Shown: positions 15,822 to 24,039 of the stretch, in pieces
How the letters are laid out: the number at the start of each line of letters is the position of its first letter
Position numbering within the stretch: position 1 is the stretch's first letter
Position numbers and translations under genes: made by a program
Assembly: GCA_946638265.1 (NCBI GenBank)
Contig: CAMPBN010000001.1
Coordinates: forward strand, 1 to 27,266
Source: an uncultured Bacillota bacterium
GTDB lineage: Bacteria; Bacillota; Clostridia; Peptostreptococcales; Anaerovoracaceae
Direction of reading: 5' to 3'
Length of the DNA stretch: 27,266 bases
Notes under the pieces: model-generated
Told to the model about the DNA's origin: nothing
What the model saw: the letters and a program-made list of their open reading frames with translations, nothing else
The model's database searches: none

Positions 15822-16754
15822 TTATATCGTTTTCAGCCGGTTCAACAGATCTTCCACAACACCCGAATCATCTATTAGAAAAATACCAAAGCATTTCTTT
15901 CCGGCATCCTTTATGGATGCCCCTATATGATACGCTGTCTTCCCATCCAGTATGATAAATCTATCATGGAACACCTGTGTCTTCTTCACTGTCAATGTCG
16001 GGTACTGTGTATTAAAATTATCCGCATCCCTATTCGTAAGCGGTGCGTTCGCATATGTATATATCTTCACATTGACCCCTGCATTCTTCTTTGCCAGGAT
16101 GTTCAATGTATCCACATCGACATATCCGTCAATCAGGATTATCTCCTTTTGCGCTTTCCGGATGATGGATGTAATTAAGCTGAACGCATCGTAAATCTGT
16201 CCATCAAAGAATATCTTCTGCTCCGATTCTGCATGTTCCTCGATATACTGAAACACCTTGTCAAACTTCTCATCCGTGCTTTTCTGGTATTCCAACTGTT
16301 TCAGTTCTATATCACTAACCTTTTCAAAGAGAAGTGCATTGCGGGCAACAAAGCGACGCATTTCAACAAAAGTGCGCATGATATTTATACTCACTTGAAC
16401 AGCAACCTTGCTATGCAAAACGCTTGCAAGCATACTTATTCCCTGCTCTGTATAGGCATAGGGATAATATCTGCGGCCACCGCGACCGCCTTGCTCTTCG
16501 TTTGAGGTTCCAGATTGGAACCTCAAACCATCAAATTCCTCTTTCGTAAGCTTAAAACGAAAATCCTCCGGAAACCGGTCAGCGTTACGCGTTGCTGCTT
16601 TGTTGAGATTCTTTGTCTCAACCTGATAAAGCATCGCCAAATCACTGTCTATCATGACCTGTTTTCCACGAATAACATAAACAAGGCTCCCAATATCCTT
16701 TATTTCGGTAATAACAGGCGCTATTTCATTAGCCGTTTGTTTTGTATTTACCAT
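15822..16754 (-). CDS. ORF6N-domain DNA-binding protein with C-terminal PLD-like domain
   Basis: IRGKQVMIDSDLAMLYQV...RFPEDFRFKLT...YAYTEQGISMLASVLHS; C-terminal FHDRFIILD...YHIGASIKD; start ATG 16754 after GGAG. Confidence 0.85.
   Translation of the reverse strand: MVNTKQTANEIAPVITEIKDIGSLVYVIRGKQVMIDSDLAMLYQVETKNLNKAATRNADRFPEDFRFKLTKEEFDGLRFQSGTSNEEQGGRGGRRYYPYAYTEQGISMLASVLHSKVAVQVSINIMRTFVEMRRFVARNALLFEKVSDIELKQLEYQKSTDEKFDKVFQYIEEHAESEQKIFFDGQIYDAFSLITSIIRKAQKEIILIDGYVDVDTLNILAKKNAGVNVKIYTYANAPLTNRDADNFNTQYPTLTVKKTQVFHDRFIILDGKTAYHIGASIKDAGKKCFGIFLIDDSGVVEDLLNRLKTI
16500..16528. repeat. 29-bp palindrome inside the ORF6N coding sequence
   Basis: GTTTGAGGTTCCA-GAT-TGGAACCTCAAAC; encodes LRFQSGTSN. 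Confidence 0.9.
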
Positions 16755-16765
16755 TTTCATCTCCA

Positions 16766-16796
16766 TGTTTGAGGTCACAAATTGTGACCTCAAACA
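16766..16796. repeat. 31-bp palindrome just upstream of the ORF6N RBS, same outer arms as the internal copy
   Basis: TGTTTGAGGTCACAA-A-TTGTGACCTCAAACA; reads LRSQFVTSN in the gene frame. Confidence 0.92.
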
Positions 16797-16839
16797 ATTT
16801 CATTTTTTATACTTTAGACGGAAATTACCCGATGTACTC

Positions 16840-17157
16840 TTATTCTCCCTTTTTCTTTTCTGTGGCGCCCGCCACGACTTTTGGATTCTTTTTCAACATT
16901 TCTTCGTAATACGCTTTGTACCGATATACGCTGCGTTTGCTGATGCCGTTTCGATCGGCAATCTCAATCAAGTCCATGCCCTTTTCGTAACAAATCACAA
17001 AATCGTTATATATGGCCGTCCACTTGGCATTGTGCGGCTGGCGCCCGCTGGCTTTGCGCTGCTTGTAATATTCAAGTTCCTTTCGCAAATCCGCGTTTTC
17101 ACGTTCCAATTCCTCTATTCGCGCCATGGCCTCTTCAAATGTTTTAATCTTTTTCAT
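16840..17157 (-). CDS. Small coiled-coil plus resolvase-type HTH protein
   Basis: GMDLIEIADRNGISKRSVYRY; GGAG RBS. Confidence 0.7.
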   Translation of the reverse strand: MKKIKTFEEAMARIEELERENADLRKELEYYKQRKASGRQPHNAKWTAIYNDFVICYEKGMDLIEIADRNGISKRSVYRYKAYYEEMLKKNPKVVAGATEKKKGE

Positions 17158-17185
17158 AACCGATTTCTCCGATAATCCTATTTTT

Positions 17186-17362
17186 TTATGCTATTTTTCG
17201 CCCGAGCAATTCTTTCCAATAGTTGCCGCCGTCGTTCCCTTTCAGACGTTCGTCATCCATTGCAAAGCCCTTGATGATATACTCCTTCAAAACAGAATTC
17301 GCCCATATTTGAACTGTTGCAAAAAATGCAACAACTGAATCCTTGTCCAGCTCCCCTTCCAC
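17186..17362 (-). pseudogene. RhuM-family relic with internal deletion and truncation
   Basis: Below the ORF-track cutoff; VEGELDKDSVVAFFAT-VQIWANSVLKEYIIKGFAMDDERLKGNDGGNYWKELL matches two normally separate RhuM segments (recalled). Confidence 0.7.
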
Positions 17363-17382
17363 GTCATTTCCACTCTGTCACA

Positions 17383-17411
17383 ATTATACTGCATTTAGGC
17401 CGGGTTGTCAA
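17383..17411 (-). promoter_or_regulatory. Perfect consensus sigma-A promoter
   Basis: TTGACA-17 bp-TATAAT. Confidence 0.85.
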
Positions 17412-17475
17412 TGTCATTTTGTCTTTCCGCGGCACAAAAATGGGTCGCTTCTCCCGCGACCCAAAACCAACGAAT

Positions 17476-17826
17476 CTACAGCAGCGCACGCCACTCGTCT
17501 TCTTTGAAGCCCACCAGCACGCAGTCCTTCGCCACCACCAGCGGCCTCTTCACCAGCATCCCGTCCGACGCCAAAAGCCGATACATCTCGTCCTCGCTCA
17601 TGCCCGGCAGCTTCTTCGACAGCTCCATCTCCCGGTACAGCTGCCCACTGGTATTGAAAAACTTTCGCAGCGGCAGCCCGCTCTTTTCGTGCAGCGCCCG
17701 CAGCTCCGCCTCGTCCGGATGCTCCGTCTTAATGTCCAAAAGCTCGTATTTCACGCCGCTCTCGTCCAGCCACTTCAACGCTTTCTTGCACGTCGTGCAC
17801 TTTGAATAGCAGTATACTTTTAACAT
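17476..17826 (-). CDS. ArsC/Spx-like (YffB-type) family protein
   Basis: YSKCTTCKKA, FNTSG..YRE, LVKRP. Confidence 0.9.
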   Translation of the reverse strand: MLKVYCYSKCTTCKKALKWLDESGVKYELLDIKTEHPDEAELRALHEKSGLPLRKFFNTSGQLYREMELSKKLPGMSEDEMYRLLASDGMLVKRPLVVAKDCVLVGFKEDEWRALL

Positions 17827-17847
17827 AGATACCTCCGATGGAAAATT

Positions 17848-18654
17848 CTATAAAACTATTGATTTTGCCCAATTTGAACAGGCTTCAGACTCAAATAACC
17901 CCAACTCCTGCCATATACCGGCATAGTATATTCCTGCACTCGGAGCTTTTGCGAGGTTTTTTCTTTTACTAAAAACATGTTCAACATCATAAACTGTATT
18001 CATTTTCCATGTGGCTTTAGTTGCATTCTCTAAGGTTAAGACTCGTTTTAAGTCATACTTTAATAGACCTGCTCCTGGCATATTGCTGTCAAAAGAAAGA
18101 TTCTTTGCTGCCTTAAACATCATATTTGTTTTCTTGACCACATGTTTTCCTTTAGCGTGAGGATGCCACCATAATTTTTTAATCTCTTCAGGATTATCAA
18201 CGACTTCACCAACCTGCAAATATCCCCATATTACCTGTAAATCATTGTCTTTATAAAAGTCACCTGTTTTTCGCACATATTGATAGTGCCCATTAGCTTT
18301 CTCAACGCGGTGAAAGTTTCCAAAGAACAGGAACAAATCGCCTTTATTTACCCCTATGTTCTTTAAGTAACCCGCTGAAGAATCAACTTGACCAAAAGCA
18401 GGCTCCCAGCCTTTTATCTTTTCAATCCTTCTGCTCTGGTCTAAATCAGGATCAACATGGCAAAATGAGGGGCCTTTATAATTCAAGTCTTTTAGAATCT
18501 CCGAATAGGGAATCCCCTTGTACTGTAATTCATCATATCTATCCCAATCATCCGATGGAATCGGAAAAGAAATCATAGTACCATCTTCAAATATAGGGCT
18601 AACGATCCCGCCATTCGCTGAATCAAAGCCTTTTCTGCTCAGAATAACTTTCAT
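17848..18654 (-). CDS. Nmad3 (nucleotide-modification-associated domain 3) protein
   Basis: MKVILSRKGFDS..GG..SPI, HVDPDL, AFGQ, GDLFLFFG, WHPH. Confidence 0.75.
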   Translation of the reverse strand: MKVILSRKGFDSANGGIVSPIFEDGTMISFPIPSDDWDRYDELQYKGIPYSEILKDLNYKGPSFCHVDPDLDQSRRIEKIKGWEPAFGQVDSSAGYLKNIGVNKGDLFLFFGNFHRVEKANGHYQYVRKTGDFYKDNDLQVIWGYLQVGEVVDNPEEIKKLWWHPHAKGKHVVKKTNMMFKAAKNLSFDSNMPGAGLLKYDLKRVLTLENATKATWKMNTVYDVEHVFSKRKNLAKAPSAGIYYAGIWQELGLFESEACSNWAKSIVL

Positions 18655-18756
18655 AGGCTACACCATTACCCATTGGGTATTATCATAAGTATAAATTATA
18701 TTCACTCTCTGACATATTCTCACCATGTTCTTAACCTATTAGCCTCCCTATATGCT

Positions 18757-19587
18757 CTATCGATTCTTATACCATACAAACCAATCAAATTTTCGCTTTC
18801 TAAAAGCTGTTGTAATGTTTAATTCATCAAGCTTCTTTGTAATGTAGTCGTTATATGCTGCATAGTTGTAAGAATTTTGCCATCTTTGTATCTGTCCTCT
18901 TGTAATATCGTCGAAATACTTTGGAAGGCTATCCTTTAATACCGAATCTAAGATAGAATAATCATCTCTTTCATAAAGGTTCTTATTGTGATAGCAGCAA
19001 TACTTTGTCGCAAAAGAAAAAAGATTAATCTTCCCATTACTACGCGCAATAGTATTTACCACCTCCGGATCACCAGCTTTTATTCGTTCATCAATATTGG
19101 GAATAGAAGCAATAATATCCGAAAGCTCTGCCATGCTTATTTTACTCTTGTGCTGCGAGAGATGAGTTGAATTCGTAATATCTATAAGTCCAACCTTCAT
19201 GGCTACAAGGTCTGAATCCGTATTGTATGGATACGTTTTAAGGCAACGGGTAATCATGTCCATTTCAGAGCCATAATTATCCGCACCCATCACATCCCTT
19301 TCTGCCTCGTTCAAAGTATCATCTGTTATTAAATCTTTATTAAAATTACATCCTAATTTTATCCGCTTTATGCTCTTTTCAAATATTATAGGTTTTACCC
19401 CAGATAAAGAATAATATGATGGATTACTGCCGGTTCTTATAACAATGCCATTAGTCACAAGCTTAGATAAGGCCGTATAAATATTGGGACTATGGTTCTT
19501 ATCACCGTAAATTGTTTCAGCCAACTGCCCTTGAGTCATAGTAGTATTCAATTTTAGTAAAGCGATAATTTTTTCTTTTTGTCCCAT
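18757..19587 (-). CDS. Winged-HTH plus helical domain protein (glycosylase-like helical motif, tentative)
   Basis: N-terminal MTQGQLAETIY...LSKLVTNGIVIRTG wHTH; C-terminal NLFSFATKYCCYHN...YSILDS. Confidence 0.5.
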   Translation of the reverse strand: MGQKEKIIALLKLNTTMTQGQLAETIYGDKNHSPNIYTALSKLVTNGIVIRTGSNPSYYSLSGVKPIIFEKSIKRIKLGCNFNKDLITDDTLNEAERDVMGADNYGSEMDMITRCLKTYPYNTDSDLVAMKVGLIDITNSTHLSQHKSKISMAELSDIIASIPNIDERIKAGDPEVVNTIARSNGKINLFSFATKYCCYHNKNLYERDDYSILDSVLKDSLPKYFDDITRGQIQRWQNSYNYAAYNDYITKKLDELNITTAFRKRKFDWFVWYKNR

Positions 19588-19670
19588 ACTGCTCCCTTCT
19601 TTCTTAATAGCTTACTTTCTCGTCATATTTCTGTCTGTGTTAATTAGAAATTCATAGCCCGCCTATATTG

Positions 19671-19982
19671 CTACATTCTATTTTGCTCACATTCAGTGTA
19701 CGGAACCCATGTGAACTTAGTAAAATCGATTTCAGTATCGACTTCACCCCCATATGGTGGATATCCGTTGTACTGCCCACCAAAGGCCAAACTCAGCACA
19801 TTCAAAGGTGTAATAGTCTTCTTTTCTCTGTTCAGAAAAACGTAGCCTGAATCAAGAACATTATGCCATCCTTTTCTGATTTCAGGAAACAGTGATTCCA
19901 GTTTGTCCATCTCGCCCTTATCAAGTTTTATGAACAAATCGGCCTCTGTTACATTTTTGTTCGTCCATTCAAGAATTAGCAC
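19671..19982 (-). CDS. Hypothetical protein
   Basis: Open frame in the island; GTG 19982 after GAGG preferred to TTG 20009; overlaps the upstream stop. Confidence 0.6.
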   Translation of the reverse strand: MLILEWTNKNVTEADLFIKLDKGEMDKLESLFPEIRKGWHNVLDSGYVFLNREKKTITPLNVLSLAFGGQYNGYPPYGGEVDTEIDFTKFTWVPYTECEQNRM

Positions 19983-20304
19983 TGCTTCGTTCCTCACCTT
20001 TCCAAACAATAGACAGTTTATATTCCTCTAAATTCGCCCTATTAATTACAATCGACGGATCATCATCACTATCTTTCATCACCCAGTACTGCCTGCCGTC
20101 CACAAAGATGTACTTGTTTGGATGATTCCAAAAATACATGGTAATCCCGTTCTCAGAGATATAATCCACCATCGCCATAAACTCTACATCATCGCCGGCG
20201 CATTTATGTCTGACAATGTATTCGTGCGGTGCCCTATCTGCGTAAGTCTTAGCAAAAGTCCACGTTTGATTTTCTATAAAAGACTTTAGTCCCTCTAAGT
20301 TCAT
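19969..20304 (-). CDS. Conserved-looking hypothetical protein
   Basis: WTFAKTY...PHEYIVR...DGRQYWVM...INRA; GAGGT RBS. Confidence 0.7.
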   Translation of the reverse strand: MNLEGLKSFIENQTWTFAKTYADRAPHEYIVRHKCAGDDVEFMAMVDYISENGITMYFWNHPNKYIFVDGRQYWVMKDSDDDPSIVINRANLEEYKLSIVWKGEERSSANS

Positions 20305-20325
20305 ACCTTACCTCAGCAGCATTTA

Positions 20326-22335
20326 TTATTTTTCAAATATAATTCTCAGCATTTTTTCTTGATGTTCTTTTATTTCTTCAAATTCCCATCTTCCCTTGTC
20401 TTTACAAATCTGCATCATTATCCTGAACTTTAATGAAGCGACGCTGACAGGATTTATTTTCTTAGATTTATCAAGATAATGGTCTAATTTCGCCTTAGGA
20501 GACCAATTAGAACCGGAACTGTTTGCTTCACTGCCAATCATGGCAAAGTTCCCCAAACAGTTAATTTGGGCCTCATTTAATCCACCCTCATCGGCTATTA
20601 CATTAGCTTGTGGATAGTAATGTTCCAAACTTGTCCTTGTTCTCGAGAAATAGAACCGATCGAATACTTTTAGTCCAAAATCCTCACAACCAAGCGTCGA
20701 GAAAAACGCTTTCCTCTTTGGGCTTTCTTTATCAAGATTCTTTGCATCAGTATCATATAATTTCCACAGTCTATAATCTATATAGTTAAAAACAAACAGC
20801 GGAATTCCTTTTGTAGCTTCGGTTCCATCTCCATACATATCAATAAAAGCAGCTTTTGTTTTTTCTGTTAATTTTGTACGATTGAGAGAATTCTTTGCCA
20901 GCATCACCTCATCAAAACTGCCTGGTTTCGGTCTATGATTAGCATTTAACTTATCCTCATCCATGTAGACACCAATAAAATATCTATCTGCAAGTTCTTT
21001 AACAAAAGCTAGGTAATCTACCGTATTTCCGTCATAATCGTTTAATAAATAGAAAAGGCAATAGAACAGGTAATTTTTCCTCTGGCGAGCTGTAAAAGCG
21101 ACTTCAAACATGGACAGCAGATGCACCAACTCATCCTGTGATGTTCCAACAGTATTTTTTAAATTCCCTTCTTTGTCTCGGGTCTGGATACTCCAAGGAT
21201 TATTATCCGGTGAGTCTTCTTCTTTGGAATGGTGAACCACATAATTATCTAGGAAAAACCTTGCTTTTAGGAGATTGTAGGCAAATTTTTTAATTTTATC
21301 TGAATCCATTTTTGCCTTGTCGAATTCATTTATTAATTCTTTATCATCCAAGATAAAACCATTTGCGTCAAAGCCCTGTTCATTCATTTGCGATATTTTC
21401 AAAACAATGAGCAAGAAATTTGGAAAATCAATAATAGGAATAAACGAATCTTTTGTCTCAATCTGCTTTTTTTCTTTTGCTTCGCCTTCCTCTCCCCATT
21501 TATTTATAATGTCTTTTAATGATATCTTTTGATATTCTTTGTCTTCGGCTGCTCCTATCGACTTGACAATCTGCTCAAAAGATTCCACTATAAAGCGATC
21601 ATGTTTTTCACCAAAAATATCTTCTTTATTGTTTTTGACGAATGATTGCTGAACATATATATTCATTTCAGCGCAGCTTTCCCAAATTATATTGAAAGCC
21701 TTTTTTTCGTCATCGGCAAGTTTTGACATAAGCTTTGCTTTAACTATTTCATGCTTTTCAAGTTGTTCGCCTCGTGAATTCATTATCTCAAAATAATGAT
21801 TCAAATCGATATCTTTCGGTACCTGATAATGAATTATTCTCACTTTATCTTCAAAAAATGCTACGAATTCTTTTTTCTCTTTTCCACCTTCTTGAAATCC
21901 CAAATTTTTTATCGCAGATTCAGCATACTTATATCCACTTATAATACCCTCATCCAGTTCTTCGTCATTTGAGAATTTTTTTCCGAGATTTTTTAATGTA
22001 TTATCTGATTTTCTTCTTGCCCTATAAGTTAATTTATTCTGAACTTCAAGCCCTAAAACATCTAGTAAAATTCGCAGTGTAGTAAGCCTCTGCTGCCCAT
22101 CAATAATTTCAAAAACATTATCACCTTTGTGAAAAGACACTAGAGTTCCAATATAATATGGCTTATTCGATTTTTTAGAATACGCATCATATATATCCTG
22201 AACCAGCGCCGAGATTTCATCTTTTCCCCAAGCATAGTTTCTTTGGTAAATTGGGATTTCATATACGCACTTTTCATATCCATTAAAAATTTCTTTGATT
22301 GAAGCTTCTTTTAATGCTAATTCTTCCCTCGCCAT
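20326..22335 (-). CDS. DUF262 plus DUF1524 (GmrSD-like, type IV restriction-type) protein
   Basis: IPIYQRNYAW, IDGQQR, FEIMNSRG; C-terminal EHYYPQ...LGNF...N...SN HNH-type motif. Confidence 0.88.
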   Translation of the reverse strand: MAREELALKEASIKEIFNGYEKCVYEIPIYQRNYAWGKDEISALVQDIYDAYSKKSNKPYYIGTLVSFHKGDNVFEIIDGQQRLTTLRILLDVLGLEVQNKLTYRARRKSDNTLKNLGKKFSNDEELDEGIISGYKYAESAIKNLGFQEGGKEKKEFVAFFEDKVRIIHYQVPKDIDLNHYFEIMNSRGEQLEKHEIVKAKLMSKLADDEKKAFNIIWESCAEMNIYVQQSFVKNNKEDIFGEKHDRFIVESFEQIVKSIGAAEDKEYQKISLKDIINKWGEEGEAKEKKQIETKDSFIPIIDFPNFLLIVLKISQMNEQGFDANGFILDDKELINEFDKAKMDSDKIKKFAYNLLKARFFLDNYVVHHSKEEDSPDNNPWSIQTRDKEGNLKNTVGTSQDELVHLLSMFEVAFTARQRKNYLFYCLFYLLNDYDGNTVDYLAFVKELADRYFIGVYMDEDKLNANHRPKPGSFDEVMLAKNSLNRTKLTEKTKAAFIDMYGDGTEATKGIPLFVFNYIDYRLWKLYDTDAKNLDKESPKRKAFFSTLGCEDFGLKVFDRFYFSRTRTSLEHYYPQANVIADEGGLNEAQINCLGNFAMIGSEANSSGSNWSPKAKLDHYLDKSKKINPVSVASLKFRIMMQICKDKGRWEFEEIKEHQEKMLRIIFEK

Positions 22336-22338
22336 TAA

Positions 22339-23814
22339 TTAACCCTCCAAAAATTTATGCTCCTTAAAGTAGTGTAGATAATTAGAATAGATTTTTTCTT
22401 CATCTGCACTATCTATATCTTCTATATTTTCTTTAAGCTCCGATTTCTGTAATGGAACTAAAATATCTGACATTCTGCTAAGCAATATGCTTGGCGAATC
22501 CGCTTCTGCTATAACTTTGTAAATATTAAACGCATTAACTATTTCTCTCTTTGGTGTGCCCATAATATAATTTTGAGCAACCCACCAGCCAACATTGACA
22601 TACTGTGCACGCATGGAATACGCCCATATAAATGCAAGTACTACAAACTGGTCGAGATAACCAAGGTCTTGTTTTGACGGTATTTGAGGGCAAAACCTGT
22701 CAACATAGAGCAATATTGCAGTGTCAAACATTTGCCGAGTAATTCGATTCCCCACCCCTTTCTTCCATTTTGGAAGATCAAGGGTTTTAACAATCGGATT
22801 ATCATTTATGAAATAACCCTCGTATTTATCGTTATTCTGTATATCGGCGAGTATTTCAAAATAATGCTTTGAATAATCAAAGAATGGCTTTCCTGCTATT
22901 ACCGGCGCATTCAACTGAAACGGATTCAGTAATTGCTTTCCCGTAACAAATGGCACATGTGAATGATTTAATTCGTCTGCGTACGCGAATGCCCCTTTAT
23001 AGTATTGAGCATACGGATGATTTTCCCGCATTGTAATCCCTTTAAACAGATCAATATTATGCTCTGTCAATTCATCAGCACGATTGCCTTTAACCCATTC
23101 TTTTAACTTGTAAAGATATTCGTTGAAAAGATTTGCTAAATCTCCTTGTTTTAGATCCTCCCACGTTTTTACTGTTTTTTCAGTTTCTTCGACACTAATG
23201 CCACCCATCTCACGGAGATGATATGCTTTAAGTAAGTCGTGTGGATACAGTGCCTTCCCTCTTGCATTTTGTGAATCAAAAAACTGAAAAGCTTCAGATA
23301 AATCGTTTGTAATTACTACAATTAATTCGCAATTATTAATAATATAATCGCTTAATAATTTCTTCCTTCTATCATCAGCTTGAAATTGATTTACTCTTCT
23401 TTCCAAAGCTCTATAGTTATTCTTTACATTACGAAGTGTAGATTTATTTGTAAAAACTAATTGCTCAAGAAAAGAAATCTTATGCTCACCAAACGCATGC
23501 AGCAATAACGAAAATGTAATTACCCTCTGCTGCCCGTCCACTATATTGTAGTAAATTTCACCATTTCCATCTTTCTCTTCTTTATGCAAAATTAACGTTC
23601 CGACGCGATACGCTTCCTTATTCGCACTCATTGCATCTTCAATGTCATCCAAGAGCTGATTCGCATTTTTAGCTGTCCACTTATATGGCCGTTGATACTC
23701 TGGAATGACCAACTTAATATCTGAAAACGAGCCAACGCCATCAAGATTTGTAATCTTATTATTCAAAAGCAAATCGCCTATTTTTGTAATTCCTAATTGT
23801 AAATGATTCCCCAT
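22339..23814 (-). CDS. DUF262 protein without a recognisable HNH domain
   Basis: IPEYQRPYKW, VDGQQR, FDSQNARG; 3 nt from the next gene; GGAAGG RBS. Confidence 0.85.
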   Translation of the reverse strand: MGNHLQLGITKIGDLLLNNKITNLDGVGSFSDIKLVIPEYQRPYKWTAKNANQLLDDIEDAMSANKEAYRVGTLILHKEEKDGNGEIYYNIVDGQQRVITFSLLLHAFGEHKISFLEQLVFTNKSTLRNVKNNYRALERRVNQFQADDRRKKLLSDYIINNCELIVVITNDLSEAFQFFDSQNARGKALYPHDLLKAYHLREMGGISVEETEKTVKTWEDLKQGDLANLFNEYLYKLKEWVKGNRADELTEHNIDLFKGITMRENHPYAQYYKGAFAYADELNHSHVPFVTGKQLLNPFQLNAPVIAGKPFFDYSKHYFEILADIQNNDKYEGYFINDNPIVKTLDLPKWKKGVGNRITRQMFDTAILLYVDRFCPQIPSKQDLGYLDQFVVLAFIWAYSMRAQYVNVGWWVAQNYIMGTPKREIVNAFNIYKVIAEADSPSILLSRMSDILVPLQKSELKENIEDIDSADEEKIYSNYLHYFKEHKFLEG

Positions 23815-23880
23815 AATAAAACCTTCCTTTGCTTTCTTACAGTCTTCCGCAGTAATAGTCTGCCAAATTTATTGTCCATT

Positions 23881-23940
23881 AAAAAGGCCCCCTTGTGGCG
23901 AGGAGTCCCACACAAAAAGAGACCACCCCTGTGATCTCTT
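23881..23940 (-). terminator. Two tandem terminator-like hairpins upstream of the DUF262 operon
   Basis: AAGAGATCA-CAGGGG-TGGTCTCTT-TTT (23914-23940) and GGACTCCT-CGCCACA-AGGGGGCC-TTTTT (23881-23908). Confidence 0.5.
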
Positions 23941-23955
23941 CTCTAACCCCGTCCC

Positions 23956-23964
23956 ATTATAGCA
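23956..23964 (-). promoter_or_regulatory. Extended -10 element facing the island
   Basis: TGCTATAAT; -35 weak. Confidence 0.45.
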
Positions 23965-24039
23965 TACCGCCGGGGTTTCGTGCCAGCCCGAGCAGGGATT
24001 TTCGCGCATTTTTGCATGAGCTGCAGCGTGATACGCTCC

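Larger units (their letters stand above)
17848..23880 (-). mobile_element. AT-rich horizontally acquired island, candidate defence locus
   Basis: Abrupt composition shift; six co-directional genes including two DUF262 genes and Nmad3; no integrase or transposase seen. Confidence 0.7.

Noticed and set aside
16766-16796. dif/XerCD or lox-type site
   Set aside because: Arm and spacer geometry and sequence do not match 11-6-11 dif or 13-8-13 lox, and no recombinase gene is in the window.
20326-22335. SspE phosphorothioate-dependent defence assignment
   Set aside because: Domain architecture is compatible, but no ssp or dnd genes are present; kept as GmrSD-like.
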